NCBI GenBank assembly: GCA_964525075.1 | Contig: CAZGDL010000004.1 | Coordinates: 1 to 33,473, forward strand | Source: an uncultured Treponema sp. | Lineage (GTDB): Bacteria > Spirochaetota > Spirochaetia > Treponematales > Treponemataceae | Direction of reading: 5' to 3' | DNA length: 33,473 nt | Shown here: positions 1-8,905 of the stretch, in pieces | Numbering within the stretch: position 1 is the stretch's first letter | How the letters are laid out: each line of letters begins with the position of its first letter | Notes under the pieces: model-generated | Database searches by the model: none | Told to the model about the DNA's origin: nothing | What the model saw: the letters and a program-made list of their open reading frames with translations, nothing else | Made by a program: the position numbers and the translations under genes

Positions 1-4
1 GGCG

Positions 5-226
5 AAAAATTGGACACCAGGGGGCGGGCGAAGCCCGCCCCCTGCAGAACTAAGCCAAGTTCAAAATGACGGCAAGACTTTCGCCGAGGACGATGAGCGT
101 TAGCGAAGGGCGGAAGAACTCGATAAATCGAGTTTTGAGCCGTTTTTTCGATGAACCTAAAACAACCGCTTTCGCGCTTGTTTTTTAACGGTTCTTCGAT
201 TTTAGGCTTGTCGGTGTCTAATCTTT
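5..226. repeat. Multi-hairpin structured intergenic element (REP/MITE-like), may extend beyond window start
   Basis: Perfect 12-bp hairpin cagggggcgggc-gaa-gcccgccccctg (18-44); hairpin aactcga-taaa-tcgagtt (117-134); outer imperfect IR aaaaattggacacc (5-18)/ggtgtctaatcttt (213-226); atgagcgttagcgaa (93-107) recurs exactly as reverse complement at 19779-19793. Confidence 0.55.
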
Positions 227-229
227 GCT

Positions 230-273
230 AAAAAACAAAAAAAGTCCTGCCAGAAAAAATTTCCTAGCAGGAC
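230..273 (-). terminator. Rho-independent terminator of the uxu-kdg operon
   Basis: 13-bp stem gtcctgccagaaa/ttcctagcaggac (244-273). Both mismatches become G-U pairs only on the minus strand, and a long U-tract follows (A-run 230-243 on +). Lies 60 bp below the kdgK stop. Confidence 0.8.
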
Positions 274-334
274 CAAAACGTATAGGAGGTTTTTAGCACC
301 TTCTGTGCTGCCGCTTACGCGGATTTTTCCAAAG

Positions 335-1363
335 TTATCTTTGAACTCGCCCGGAAGCGTCGCCACCTGCCAGGTTTTGAACTTCCGCTACAGAAACCAT
401 GTTGAAGTCGCCTTCGATTGAATGTTTGAGGCAGGATGCAGCAACTGCGAATTCAATTGTAGCCTGGGGCTCGTATTTGTTTACGCAGGCGTAAATTAGT
501 CCGCCGCCAAAACTGTCACCACCGCCGACTCGGTCTACAATTTTCATATTATATTCTTTTGAAAAATAGGATTTTCCTGTGGCTCCGTCGTACAACATTC
601 CGGCCCAGTTATTTTCGCTGGCAGAAATTGATGTGCGGAGGGTGATTGCGACGTATTTAAAGCCAAATCGGTCTGTAAGTTTTTTTGCAACTTCTTTGTA
701 GCCGTCTTTGTTCAATTTTCCACTTGTAACGTCTGTCGCTTCTGATTTAATTCCAAAAACGTCATTGGCGTCTTCTTCGTTTGAAATACAAACATCAACA
801 TATTTGCAAAGTTCGCCCATCACCTGGCCGGCTTTTTCTTTTGTCCAAAGCTTTTTGCGGTAATTCAGGTCGCAAGAAACGGTTATTCCTTTTTCGCGGG
901 CTTTTTTTGCTGCTTCCAGACAGATTTCTGCAACATTGTCGCCAAGGGCTGGGGTAATTCCTGTAAAATGGAACCAGCTTGCACCTTCAAAAATCTTGTC
1001 CCAGTCAAAATCTTCTTTTGTGGCAAGGGCGATTGATGAACCTGCTCGGTCGTAAATTACTTTGGAAGGGCGCTGTGATGCTCCTTTTTCCAAGTAATAG
1101 ATGCCCACACGTGGTCCGCCTCGAGAAATGAACTGGGTGTCGACTCCGTATTTGCGGAGGGAATTTACGCCAGCCTGGCCGATTTCGTGGGTTGGAAGTT
1201 TTGTGACAAATGCGGTGTCCAAGCCGTAATTTGCAAGAGAAACTGAAACGTTTGCTTCTCCGCCGCCGAATGTTGCTCCAAGGCTGTCTGCCTGAACGAA
1301 GCGGTAGTAGCCTTCAGGGGCAAGTCTCAACATTATTTCACCAAAAGTTATGATTTTTCCCAT
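335..1363 (-). CDS. kdgK: 2-dehydro-3-deoxygluconokinase (PfkB family sugar kinase)
   Basis: Motifs FGEIMLRL, GGGEANV, DLNYRKKLW, DRVGGGDSF, GRVQR C-terminus. True start taken as ATG 1363 (MGKIITFGE) with RBS GAGGTG at 1369-1374; the longer ORF start at 1492 runs through REP repeats. Confidence 0.93.
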   Translation of the reverse strand: MGKIITFGEIMLRLAPEGYYRFVQADSLGATFGGGEANVSVSLANYGLDTAFVTKLPTHEIGQAGVNSLRKYGVDTQFISRGGPRVGIYYLEKGASQRPSKVIYDRAGSSIALATKEDFDWDKIFEGASWFHFTGITPALGDNVAEICLEAAKKAREKGITVSCDLNYRKKLWTKEKAGQVMGELCKYVDVCISNEEDANDVFGIKSEATDVTSGKLNKDGYKEVAKKLTDRFGFKYVAITLRTSISASENNWAGMLYDGATGKSYFSKEYNMKIVDRVGGGDSFGGGLIYACVNKYEPQATIEFAVAASCLKHSIEGDFNMVSVAEVQNLAGGDASGRVQR

Positions 1364-1398
1364 ATTTTCACCTCTATTTTTTTTGTATTTATTCACAA

Positions 1399-1573
1399 CC
1401 GTCATTCCGGGCTTGTCCCGGAAGTTCTGGCTTGCCGTCATTCCGGGCTTGTCCCGGAATCTCATCGTGAGATGCTGAAACGAGTTCAGCATGACGTACA
1501 GGTAGATTCTGAAACGAGTTCAGCATGACGGGCTGGGAGATGCTGCCCCTGAACTTGATTCAGGAGCAACATG
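1399..1573. repeat. Cluster of five CGTC-tagged REP-like palindromes (BIME-like mosaic)
   Basis: ccgtcattccgggcttgtcccggaa x2 (1399-1423, 1435-1459); agat(g/t)ctgaaacgagttcagcatgacg x2 in opposite orientation (1470-1496, 1504-1530); longer variant agatgctgcccctgaacttgattcaggagcaacatg (1538-1573). Homologous copies at 33412-33473. Confidence 0.88.
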
Positions 1574-1593
1574 CAGTCCCAGAGGAATCCTTT

Positions 1594-2232
1594 TTATCCT
1601 CTGATTTCCTTTACAATTCCTGCTGCCTGGGCGGTTAATCTTTCGATTTCTGCAAAATTGCCTGCTTTTATCAGGTCGCCTTTGACCATCCAACTTCCAC
1701 CACAAGCAAAAATTTTGTCGCAAGCAAGGTATTCCTTTACATTTTCAGGATTAATTCCCCCTGTCGGCATAAATTTTACTTTGGTGTAAGGTGCAGCCAT
1801 GGCTTTTATCATTTTTAATCCACCAGCAGATTCTGCTGGGAAAAATTTTACGGCGTCCAGGCCAAAATCCAGGGCCATTTCGATTTCTGATGGAGTCATA
1901 ATTCCAGGGCAAACCGGATAACCTTTTTTAAGACAATGTTCTACAACTTTCGGATTAAAGCCAGGAGCTACAATAAATTTTGCCCCGGCTCCAAAAGCCC
2001 GGTCAGCCTGGTCGGCAGAAAGAACTGTGCCAGCCCCTACAAACATCTGTGGATAATTTTTTGAAATTATCCGGATACTTTCTTCTGCGGCGTCGGTGCG
2101 GAATGTAACTTCTGCACAAGGCAATCCTCCTTTGCACAAGGCTTCTGCCAGAGGATTTGCATCATCAGCATTATTCAAAACAAGAACAGGAACAATTCCT
2201 ATTGAGCTTAAAGTTTTTAAAGCGTCATTCAT
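1594..2232 (-). CDS. eda: KDPG/KHG aldolase
   Basis: Motifs EVTFRT, VGAGTV, VKFFPA (Schiff-base Lys), FMPTGGI, GGSW; 212 aa; between uxaC and kdgK. Confidence 0.95.
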   Translation of the reverse strand: MNDALKTLSSIGIVPVLVLNNADDANPLAEALCKGGLPCAEVTFRTDAAEESIRIISKNYPQMFVGAGTVLSADQADRAFGAGAKFIVAPGFNPKVVEHCLKKGYPVCPGIMTPSEIEMALDFGLDAVKFFPAESAGGLKMIKAMAAPYTKVKFMPTGGINPENVKEYLACDKIFACGGSWMVKGDLIKAGNFAEIERLTAQAAGIVKEIRG

Positions 2233-3675
2233 TTATTTTACTCCAAAAAAATTTACAGCATTGTTGTAACTGATATTTTCTACGATTTTTCCCAATAATT
2301 TTTCATCATCAGGATATTCGCCTTTTTCTACCAGATTTCCAATAAAATTGCACAAAATTCGGCGGAAATATTCGTGTCGTGGATATGACAGGAAACTTCT
2401 GGAATCTGTGAGCATTCCAACATAAGAGCCCAAAACTGATGTTCTGGCAAAAACCCGAATCTGTTCTTCAATTCCGTCTTTGTGGTCGTTAAACCACCAG
2501 GCTGGCCCAAAAATACAGTTGCGGAAATTTGCTGCCATTGTTGCAAGGGCTTCGTTATCTTTAGGATTTAGATTATAGAGAATTGTTTTTGCATTCGGAT
2601 TAGCAGAATAAATCGCATTCAGAACTGCCGAAAGTTGGCTTGCATAATTAAAATCTTGGAGACTGTCCTCACCAATGTTTTTGCCGACTTCATCATAAAG
2701 AGCTGCGTGATTGTCCCGCAAAGCCCCGATATGAAGCTGCATTACAAAACCTTTTTGGGCGTAAAGCTTTCCAAGTTCAATCAAAACATAGCCTTTGTAC
2801 TGGGCAAGTTCGTCGTGGGAAAGTTTTTTACCAAGCCAGGCTTTTGCAAAAATGTAATTTGCCTCATCTTCTGTCGCTGGAAGATAAAAATCGTTTTCAA
2901 GAGAATGGTCACTCACAAGAGACCCTAACGATTTAAAATAATCCATGCGGAGGGCAAAGGCCTGCAACATATCTTTTATAGTCTTGATTTTTACCCCGGT
3001 AACTTCCTGCAATTTTGTAATGTAAGGAGGATAATCAGGACTTTCCGCATTTATTGCAAGGTCCGGGCGGAATGAAGGCAGAACTTTTACAGCTTTCCAT
3101 TCCCCGGCAAGTTTTTTGTGCCAGGCTAAATCGTCAAGAGGCTCGTCTGTTGTACACAAAGCCTTTACATTGAGTTTTGTCAAAAGTCCGCGAGGGGCAA
3201 AATCAGGCTTTGCCAAAAGGGCGTTGCATTTGTCCCAAACTTCTTTTGCGTTATCCAAAGTCACCGCTTCTGTAATCCCAAAATAACGCTGGAGTTCCAG
3301 ATGGCTCCAATGGTAAAGAGGATTTCCGACACAGCCCTGCAAAGTTTTTACAAATGCAAGATAACGGTCGTAATCAGCTTTTTGAACGGCTTCTTTTCCG
3401 CCGCGTTCTTCATCAGACTTTACAAGTCCAGCCTTATTTATATGACCGGTAATCAGATTTTCGGGAACGCCGGCAGCCCTCATCGCCCGCCATTTGTAGT
3501 GGTCGTGGTCGAGCCAGGCATTTGCAAGATTTCCCAAACTTTTATTTTCATAAATCTCCTGTGGAGAAAGATGATTGTGAAAATCAAAAATCGGCATATT
3601 TTCAGCATAATTATGATAAAGATTTGCCGCAGTTTCTGTTTCCAAAATAAAATTTTTATCTAAAAACTTCTTCAT
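2233..3675 (-). CDS. uxaC: Glucuronate (uronate) isomerase
   Basis: Motifs PIFDFHNHL, DHYKWRAMR, GNPLYHWSHLEL, CTTD, MQLHIGALR, AWWFND, GMLTDSRSFLSYPRHEYFRR. Confidence 0.96.
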   Translation of the reverse strand: MKKFLDKNFILETETAANLYHNYAENMPIFDFHNHLSPQEIYENKSLGNLANAWLDHDHYKWRAMRAAGVPENLITGHINKAGLVKSDEERGGKEAVQKADYDRYLAFVKTLQGCVGNPLYHWSHLELQRYFGITEAVTLDNAKEVWDKCNALLAKPDFAPRGLLTKLNVKALCTTDEPLDDLAWHKKLAGEWKAVKVLPSFRPDLAINAESPDYPPYITKLQEVTGVKIKTIKDMLQAFALRMDYFKSLGSLVSDHSLENDFYLPATEDEANYIFAKAWLGKKLSHDELAQYKGYVLIELGKLYAQKGFVMQLHIGALRDNHAALYDEVGKNIGEDSLQDFNYASQLSAVLNAIYSANPNAKTILYNLNPKDNEALATMAANFRNCIFGPAWWFNDHKDGIEEQIRVFARTSVLGSYVGMLTDSRSFLSYPRHEYFRRILCNFIGNLVEKGEYPDDEKLLGKIVENISYNNAVNFFGVK

Positions 3676-3684
3676 TTTTATTCT

Positions 3685-5292
3685 CTATTCTTCCGAAATA
3701 GTTTTTCTTACAGCCCCAAGCCCGGCAGTCAGTTTTTCAAAATAAGATTCAACCTTATCACCAAGCCCCGCCTGGTACAAATCTACCCCAAAAATATCTG
3801 CCCGCTTCAAAAGTGGCTCAACTGTAGAATGAACATCGAACTTTTGACCAAGTTTTACGTTTTCTACATATTTGCAAACATCATTCAAAAGAGGATCCGG
3901 GCTAAGTTCAAACTTATTGCCATTATCATCAATTGCCATCAGATAACGCAGCCAGCCTGCAAAAACAAGAGGAATTACCTTCAAATCAGAAAGATTCAAA
4001 TCCGGGCGTTTTTGATAACCTTTGATTGTTTCGCCAAAACGAATGCTGAGTTTCTGAGATGTATCGCAGGCAATTCGCTGAGGAGTATCCGGCATAAAAG
4101 GATTTGGAACGCGGATTTTTACAACTTCATCAATAAAGTTGATTGGTTTTATGATTCCAGGGTCAACAACGACAGGAAGTCCTTCCTTGTAGCCCAAAGT
4201 TTCTACCAGTTTAAGCAAATCTTTGTCTTTCATTTCATCGGCAATCAGAGTGTAGCCCAAAAGGCAGCCGAAAATGGCAAGGCAGGTGTGAAGAGGATTA
4301 AGACAAGTGCAGACTTTCATCTTTTCAACTTTGTCTACGGTCTGGCGGTCTGTAAAATACAAGCCGGCTTTTTCCAATTCAGGACGGCCATTCGGGAATT
4401 TATCTTCAATTACCAGATATTGAACTTCCTCGGCATTTACAAAAGGTGCAACGTAAGTTTTTTTAGATGTGATTACAGGTTCAAGCCCTTCCAGTCCATC
4501 ATCAGCAAGAATTTTTTCAACTTTTGCGTCTGGTCGCGGAGTGATTTTATCAATCATAGTCCACGGGAAAGAAACTTTCGATTCATCATTAATATAATCA
4601 AGGAAACCTGGCTTGCAGACATTTCTGTTTTCCCATTCCTGGGCAAATTCGTTTACAGCGGCAAAAAGTTTATCGCCATTGTGAGAGCAGTTATCCATGC
4701 TGACCATTGCAATTGGCAACTGGCCATTCACATAACGCTCGTGAAGCAAGGTCACAACTTTTCCAATGTAACTTTTTGGAAGAACTGGGCCCATGGCAAA
4801 ATCTTCTTCAACGCCCGGCATAGCCTGGCCTGCCGCATTTCGCAAAAGATAGCCTTTCTCGGTGATTGTGAAAGTGACCATTTGCAATGAAGGTGAGCGG
4901 AAAATTTCCAAAAGTCTAGCCCAATCATCCTGATTTTCAGAATTGGCGGTCAAAGATTCGGTGATTGAACCAACTACAGTTTTTTCTACCGAACCAGTTG
5001 ATTTGAGAGTAACCAAAACGCTCAAATTATCATGAGGACGATATTGTTTTTCTATGATTTCGTAATCATAACCTTCTGCAACAATCAAACCGCGGTCAAT
5101 TACTTTTTCGTTCAAAAGATTTTGTACAACATTAGCCTGAAAAGCCCGGAAAATATTTCCAGCCCCAAAATGAATCCAAAAAGGTTCTTTTTGAGTGCTA
5201 GTTTTTACGGCTTCGCGGTCATATTTTGGAAGAGAATAGCCTTTTGATTCCCATTCCGCTTTATTTGAAATACCCTGATTTGTTAATTTCAT
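3685..5292 (-). CDS. uxuB: Mannitol dehydrogenase family protein, likely D-mannonate oxidoreductase (fructuronate reductase)
   Basis: Rossmann HFGAGNIFRAF, FTITEKGY, SMDNCSHNG, MIDKITP, MKVCTCLNPLHT. Position between uxuA and uxaC supports the UxuB role (substrate inferred from context). Confidence 0.82.
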   Translation of the reverse strand: MKLTNQGISNKAEWESKGYSLPKYDREAVKTSTQKEPFWIHFGAGNIFRAFQANVVQNLLNEKVIDRGLIVAEGYDYEIIEKQYRPHDNLSVLVTLKSTGSVEKTVVGSITESLTANSENQDDWARLLEIFRSPSLQMVTFTITEKGYLLRNAAGQAMPGVEEDFAMGPVLPKSYIGKVVTLLHERYVNGQLPIAMVSMDNCSHNGDKLFAAVNEFAQEWENRNVCKPGFLDYINDESKVSFPWTMIDKITPRPDAKVEKILADDGLEGLEPVITSKKTYVAPFVNAEEVQYLVIEDKFPNGRPELEKAGLYFTDRQTVDKVEKMKVCTCLNPLHTCLAIFGCLLGYTLIADEMKDKDLLKLVETLGYKEGLPVVVDPGIIKPINFIDEVVKIRVPNPFMPDTPQRIACDTSQKLSIRFGETIKGYQKRPDLNLSDLKVIPLVFAGWLRYLMAIDDNGNKFELSPDPLLNDVCKYVENVKLGQKFDVHSTVEPLLKRADIFGVDLYQAGLGDKVESYFEKLTAGLGAVRKTISEE

Positions 5293-5313
5293 TTTTTGCC
5301 TCTATTTTTATCC

Positions 5314-6420
5314 TTATCTGTAAAGTTTTACCCCACTGCGGTCAAAAGACTTTTCGCAGGCTTCCCAAAGTCCGTTCAAATAGGCAGCACCCAAGGCTCG
5401 GTCATACAAACCATAACCTGGCATTGCTTTTTCGCCCCAAATCATACGGCCGTGGTCAGGGCGGATAACGCCGTCAAAACCTGTTTCGTACAAAGTTTTT
5501 ACGATTTTGAACATATCAAAAGTGCCGGCAGAAGAGAGGTGGGCAGATTCCTGGAAGTCCAAAACAGGGTCATCAATAGCTGTATTAAATTTAAGATTTC
5601 GGATATGGGCAAAATGGATTCTGCCACTTGCAGCTTTAATCATTTCGCACAAATCGTTTTTGCGGTTAGTTCCATAAGAACCGGTGCAGAAAGTCAAACC
5701 GTTGTGAGGATTATCAACAGCCTTGAGCATGCGGACAACATTTTCCTGGCAGGTGATGATGCGTGGCAGACCAAAAACTGGCCATGCAGGATCATCAGGA
5801 TGGATTGCCATATCAATATTGTATTTATCACAAACTGGCATAATTGCTTTTAAGAAATAAACGAGGTTGTCAAAAAGTTTTTCTGATGTAACTTCCTTGT
5901 ACATTTCAAAAAGCTCTTTTACATGAGCCATTCGCTCAGGCTCCCAGCCAGGAAGTATAAAGCCGTTTGATGATTTGTCGAGATTTGCAAACATTTCTTC
6001 TGGCTTTACAGAATCAATAGCCTTGGAATTGTAGGCAAGAACTGTAGAACCATCAGGGCAAGGACGAGCCAGCTCAGAACGGGTCCAGTCAAAAACCGGC
6101 ATAAAATTATAGCAAACCATGTGGATGTCTTCCTGTCCAAGACGCTCCAAAGTTTTTATATAATTTTCGATATATTCATCACGACGACCAGAACCAATTT
6201 TAATATCATCATGAATATTCACACTTTCAATACCGGCAATTTTGAGGCCAGCATCTTCAACTTCTTTTTTGATTTTTTGGATTGCAGCCAAATCCCAAGC
6301 CTGGCCTGGCACTGAATCATATAAAGTTGTAATAACACCGTGTACCCCAGGCACCTGGCGAATCTGTTCAAGGGTTACGGAATCAAATCCTGTTCCGTAC
6401 CAGCGTAATGTCATTTCCAT
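5314..6420 (-). CDS. uxuA: Mannonate dehydratase
   Basis: Motifs MTLRWYG, IESVNIH, CYNFMPVFDWTR, LPGW, AIHPDDP, RPDHGRMIW, PGYGLYDRALG; RBS TAGGAG at 6431-6436. Confidence 0.97.
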   Translation of the reverse strand: MEMTLRWYGTGFDSVTLEQIRQVPGVHGVITTLYDSVPGQAWDLAAIQKIKKEVEDAGLKIAGIESVNIHDDIKIGSGRRDEYIENYIKTLERLGQEDIHMVCYNFMPVFDWTRSELARPCPDGSTVLAYNSKAIDSVKPEEMFANLDKSSNGFILPGWEPERMAHVKELFEMYKEVTSEKLFDNLVYFLKAIMPVCDKYNIDMAIHPDDPAWPVFGLPRIITCQENVVRMLKAVDNPHNGLTFCTGSYGTNRKNDLCEMIKAASGRIHFAHIRNLKFNTAIDDPVLDFQESAHLSSAGTFDMFKIVKTLYETGFDGVIRPDHGRMIWGEKAMPGYGLYDRALGAAYLNGLWEACEKSFDRSGVKLYR

Positions 6421-6462
6421 TTGAATTATACTCCTACCATAAGTATTTTCACTTTACTTCAG

Positions 6463-6491
6463 AGTATAACATCACGATTGCAAATCCGCAA
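6463..6491 (-). promoter_or_regulatory. Sigma70-type promoter of the uxu operon
   Basis: -35 TTGCGG (6486-6491), 17-bp spacer, extended -10 TGtTATACT (6463-6471). Confidence 0.7.
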
Positions 6492-6496
6492 CTAAA

Positions 6497-6514
6497 ATAC
6501 TTGCATACTAGTAT
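6497..6514. promoter_or_regulatory. Candidate operator: overlapping ATACTWGYAT boxes
   Basis: Perfect palindrome ATACTAGTAT (6505-6514) overlapped by degenerate ATACTTGCAT (6497-6506), immediately upstream of the -35. Confidence 0.6.
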
Positions 6515-6592
6515 AAAATAGGTAAAAGCGATTAGAAAAGGGAGAACTGGCAAAAATATACTTTTCGAGTTAGGTTGCAGGGCTTTCTTTTA

Positions 6593-7864
6593 TCACCACT
6601 TCACAATCTTGTATTCAAATTCCGCATTTGCCGTATAATCTGCAGACTCGAACCGCCAGGTAGAAATCTGGTCTACAATTTCATTTCTGACAATTTCGGA
6701 CAAAATAGCTTCCGGTGTAATTGTGATGGAAGTTCTTGGAACATTTCCCCCTTCCACAACCTTAAAAGAAATTTTTACAGTTCTAGAACCATCAATTGTG
6801 GCAGAAGCCACTTCGGACAAATTGATTACAGGTTTTGCAGGTTCTAACAAGGCCCGGCTCGAACCGTTGGACATTTCAATCAAAACTTTTCCACTGTCAG
6901 ATGTGGCAGATTTTACATTTGTTGATGATTCCACCCCATTTGCAGAATTTGCCGTGTAAGACTGTTTGGCAATTTTTCCCAAAGCAGATGATGTTGCAGA
7001 AGACGCGGTTTGATTTTTATTTTGCCGATTTTTCGCAGAATTTGTAGTATTTGAACTAGACGTAACTTTTTGATTTGAGCCAGTATCTGCGATAGCAGCA
7101 GAGCCTTCAAAAGCAGGAAGGTTATTTTTGATAGGCTGGGAGTTCGCACTTGCATTTGCACTTGGATTTACATTGCCTGCCTCATTTGAAGATTCACTTG
7201 TTGCACTTGAGTCGTCAAATTGAGACCAGTCAAATTGTTTTTTTTGTTTTTGAGCGGTCTGGCGGGCAAAAGCTTCCATCGGGTCAACGGCAAGTTCCAG
7301 GGGTGCGGCCGGAGTGGCTTGGGCTGGCTGGGACTTGGGCTGAGGTGTGGCTGGAGTTTTAGTCGCAGGGGCCGGAGATTTAGGCTGAGTAGCAGGTGGT
7401 GTGGATTTTGCTGGAGTAACAGGCTGAGGTGCTGGGGTGACAGATTTTGCCGGGGTGGCAGGCTGAGTCTTAGGGCTCGGGGATTTTGCCACCGGGGCAG
7501 GAGTTTGTTTTTCCGGAGCGGGAGTTGGACTAGGAGGCGTCACCGGCTCCGGCTCTGGAGTTTTTTCCACAGGAGAAGATTTTACCTCTGTAGCAGGTTC
7601 TGGCATAACTGGAGACTTCTCGGCAAGGTCAGACTTCACTTCTTCCATCTTTTTTTTCGCCCGGACATTTTCATTCACACTCTGGCTGGACAAAACAATC
7701 TGAACTTCCTTGTACTTAGGCTTTTTTGCCGGCAGTTTTATAAAAATCATACAAATAAGAAAAATCAGCCAGAACAAAGCAGTTCCTGCCAGCGACAAAA
7801 TATTGCTGGTGTTTTGAGGAGAAGAATCTGGACCAAAAAGCGGGATTTTCTTAAATCTTATCAT
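6593..7864 (-). CDS. TonB/TolA-like energy transducer
   Basis: N-terminal TM helix (ILSLAGTALFWLIFLICMIFI), long Pro/Ala/Thr/Lys-rich linker, Ser/Asn-rich spacer, C-terminal TonB_C-like segment (TVKISFKVVEGGNV...ISTWRF). Overlaps the exbD stop (ATGA). Confidence 0.72.
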   Translation of the reverse strand: MIRFKKIPLFGPDSSPQNTSNILSLAGTALFWLIFLICMIFIKLPAKKPKYKEVQIVLSSQSVNENVRAKKKMEEVKSDLAEKSPVMPEPATEVKSSPVEKTPEPEPVTPPSPTPAPEKQTPAPVAKSPSPKTQPATPAKSVTPAPQPVTPAKSTPPATQPKSPAPATKTPATPQPKSQPAQATPAAPLELAVDPMEAFARQTAQKQKKQFDWSQFDDSSATSESSNEAGNVNPSANASANSQPIKNNLPAFEGSAAIADTGSNQKVTSSSNTTNSAKNRQNKNQTASSATSSALGKIAKQSYTANSANGVESSTNVKSATSDSGKVLIEMSNGSSRALLEPAKPVINLSEVASATIDGSRTVKISFKVVEGGNVPRTSITITPEAILSEIVRNEIVDQISTWRFESADYTANAEFEYKIVKW

Positions 7865-8274
7865 TTTTCTGGGCTTGTCCTTAGATTTATGACGGAATAT
7901 CCACTTTTACGAATCACATCAAAAATGCTAACGATTTCTCCATTCGTAACCAGGGAATCCGCTTCCAAAGTAACAGGAAATTCATCTTTTTTAAGATCGC
8001 CAGTGTCAAAAGTCAAAAGCTGGTCTCCCAAAGTTTCCATTGAAACTTCTTTATCATTAAAAAACATCAGACCATCTTCATTTGCATAAATCGTAATTCC
8101 CTGAAGAGTGCTGGCTTCGGCAGTTGAACTTTTTGGAAGATTGAGTTTAATTCCCGGCACAACGGCAAAAGTCGTAGAAACAAAGAAGAAAATTATCAGC
8201 TGAAAAACAATATCAATCATAGGAGTCATATCTACAGTTGCAGAAATGCGTCCTCGTCTATTTTTTAATCTCAT
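7861..8274 (-). CDS. exbD: Biopolymer transporter ExbD/TolR
   Basis: DMTPMIDIVFQLIIFF with the essential TM Asp, LNLPKS, LEADSLV..G; follows an ExbB-like gene (ExbD vs TolR not separable). Confidence 0.88.
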   Translation of the reverse strand: MRLKNRRGRISATVDMTPMIDIVFQLIIFFFVSTTFAVVPGIKLNLPKSSTAEASTLQGITIYANEDGLMFFNDKEVSMETLGDQLLTFDTGDLKKDEFPVTLEADSLVTNGEIVSIFDVIRKSGYSVINLRTSPEK

Positions 8275-8276
8275 TT

Positions 8277-8888
8277 TTACCTTGTCCTTCCCATCAGGCG
8301 GAGCAAAATACTTGTTACGTTAGATTCCATTTCGACAATGCAGTGATTTACCCGCGAAACAAAATAATTGTGAAAAATTAAAGATGGAATTGAAACGCAC
8401 AAACCGGCAACGGTAGTTATCAGGGCTTCGGCAATAGAACCGGAAAGCAAAGTTGGGTCTCCCATTGTGCCTCCGTTTCCCAAAACACCAAAAGCTTTGA
8501 TATTTCCAGTTACAGTTCCCAAAAGTCCCAGCAAAGTTGCAATGTTGGCTATAGTTCCCAAAGTGGTAATGAGATGTTCCAGCCGAGGAACAGCCATATC
8601 CATTTGAACTTCGACAAGTTCACGGAGGTCTTTTTCCTCGTAACGGCGACATTCTACAGCCTTTTTTATGACTTGCGACATTGGAGTATCGGCCTGGGTA
8701 CAAGCTACCGCACAAGCATCAAAATTATTGGAAGAAAGAGAATCTTCCAGGGCGGCCATCAGTTTTTGATCCCGCTTTTTGATACTTACAAAATAAATAC
8801 AGCGTTCAATGATGATAAAAGTCGCTGCAATTCCACAAGCAATAATCGGAATCATAAAGAATCCGCCAGATTTCAAAGTTTCTAACAT
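8277..8888 (-). CDS. exbB: MotA/TolQ/ExbB proton channel protein
   Basis: Three TM segments; LLGLLGTVTG and IAEALITTVAGL signatures; RBS AGGAGGT. Confidence 0.9.
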   Translation of the reverse strand: MLETLKSGGFFMIPIIACGIAATFIIIERCIYFVSIKKRDQKLMAALEDSLSSNNFDACAVACTQADTPMSQVIKKAVECRRYEEKDLRELVEVQMDMAVPRLEHLITTLGTIANIATLLGLLGTVTGNIKAFGVLGNGGTMGDPTLLSGSIAEALITTVAGLCVSIPSLIFHNYFVSRVNHCIVEMESNVTSILLRLMGRTR

Positions 8889-8905
8889 AAATTACCTCCT
8901 GAAAT

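Noticed and set aside
1364..1492. 43-aa N-terminal extension of KdgK in the ORF track
   Set aside because: It is the translation of REP repeats (FRDKPGMT twice); a good RBS precedes ATG 1363
1399..1573. Possible mini CRISPR array
   Set aside because: Units are of three types in both orientations with 5-11-bp gaps; no cas genes; fits REP clusters
3829..4890. 353-aa plus-strand ORF
   Set aside because: Antisense shadow of uxuB; Phe/Ile-rich composition typical of reverse-frame artefacts
7220..8089. 289-aa Arg/Gly-rich plus-strand ORF
   Set aside because: Antisense of the Pro-rich TonB-like linker and exbD
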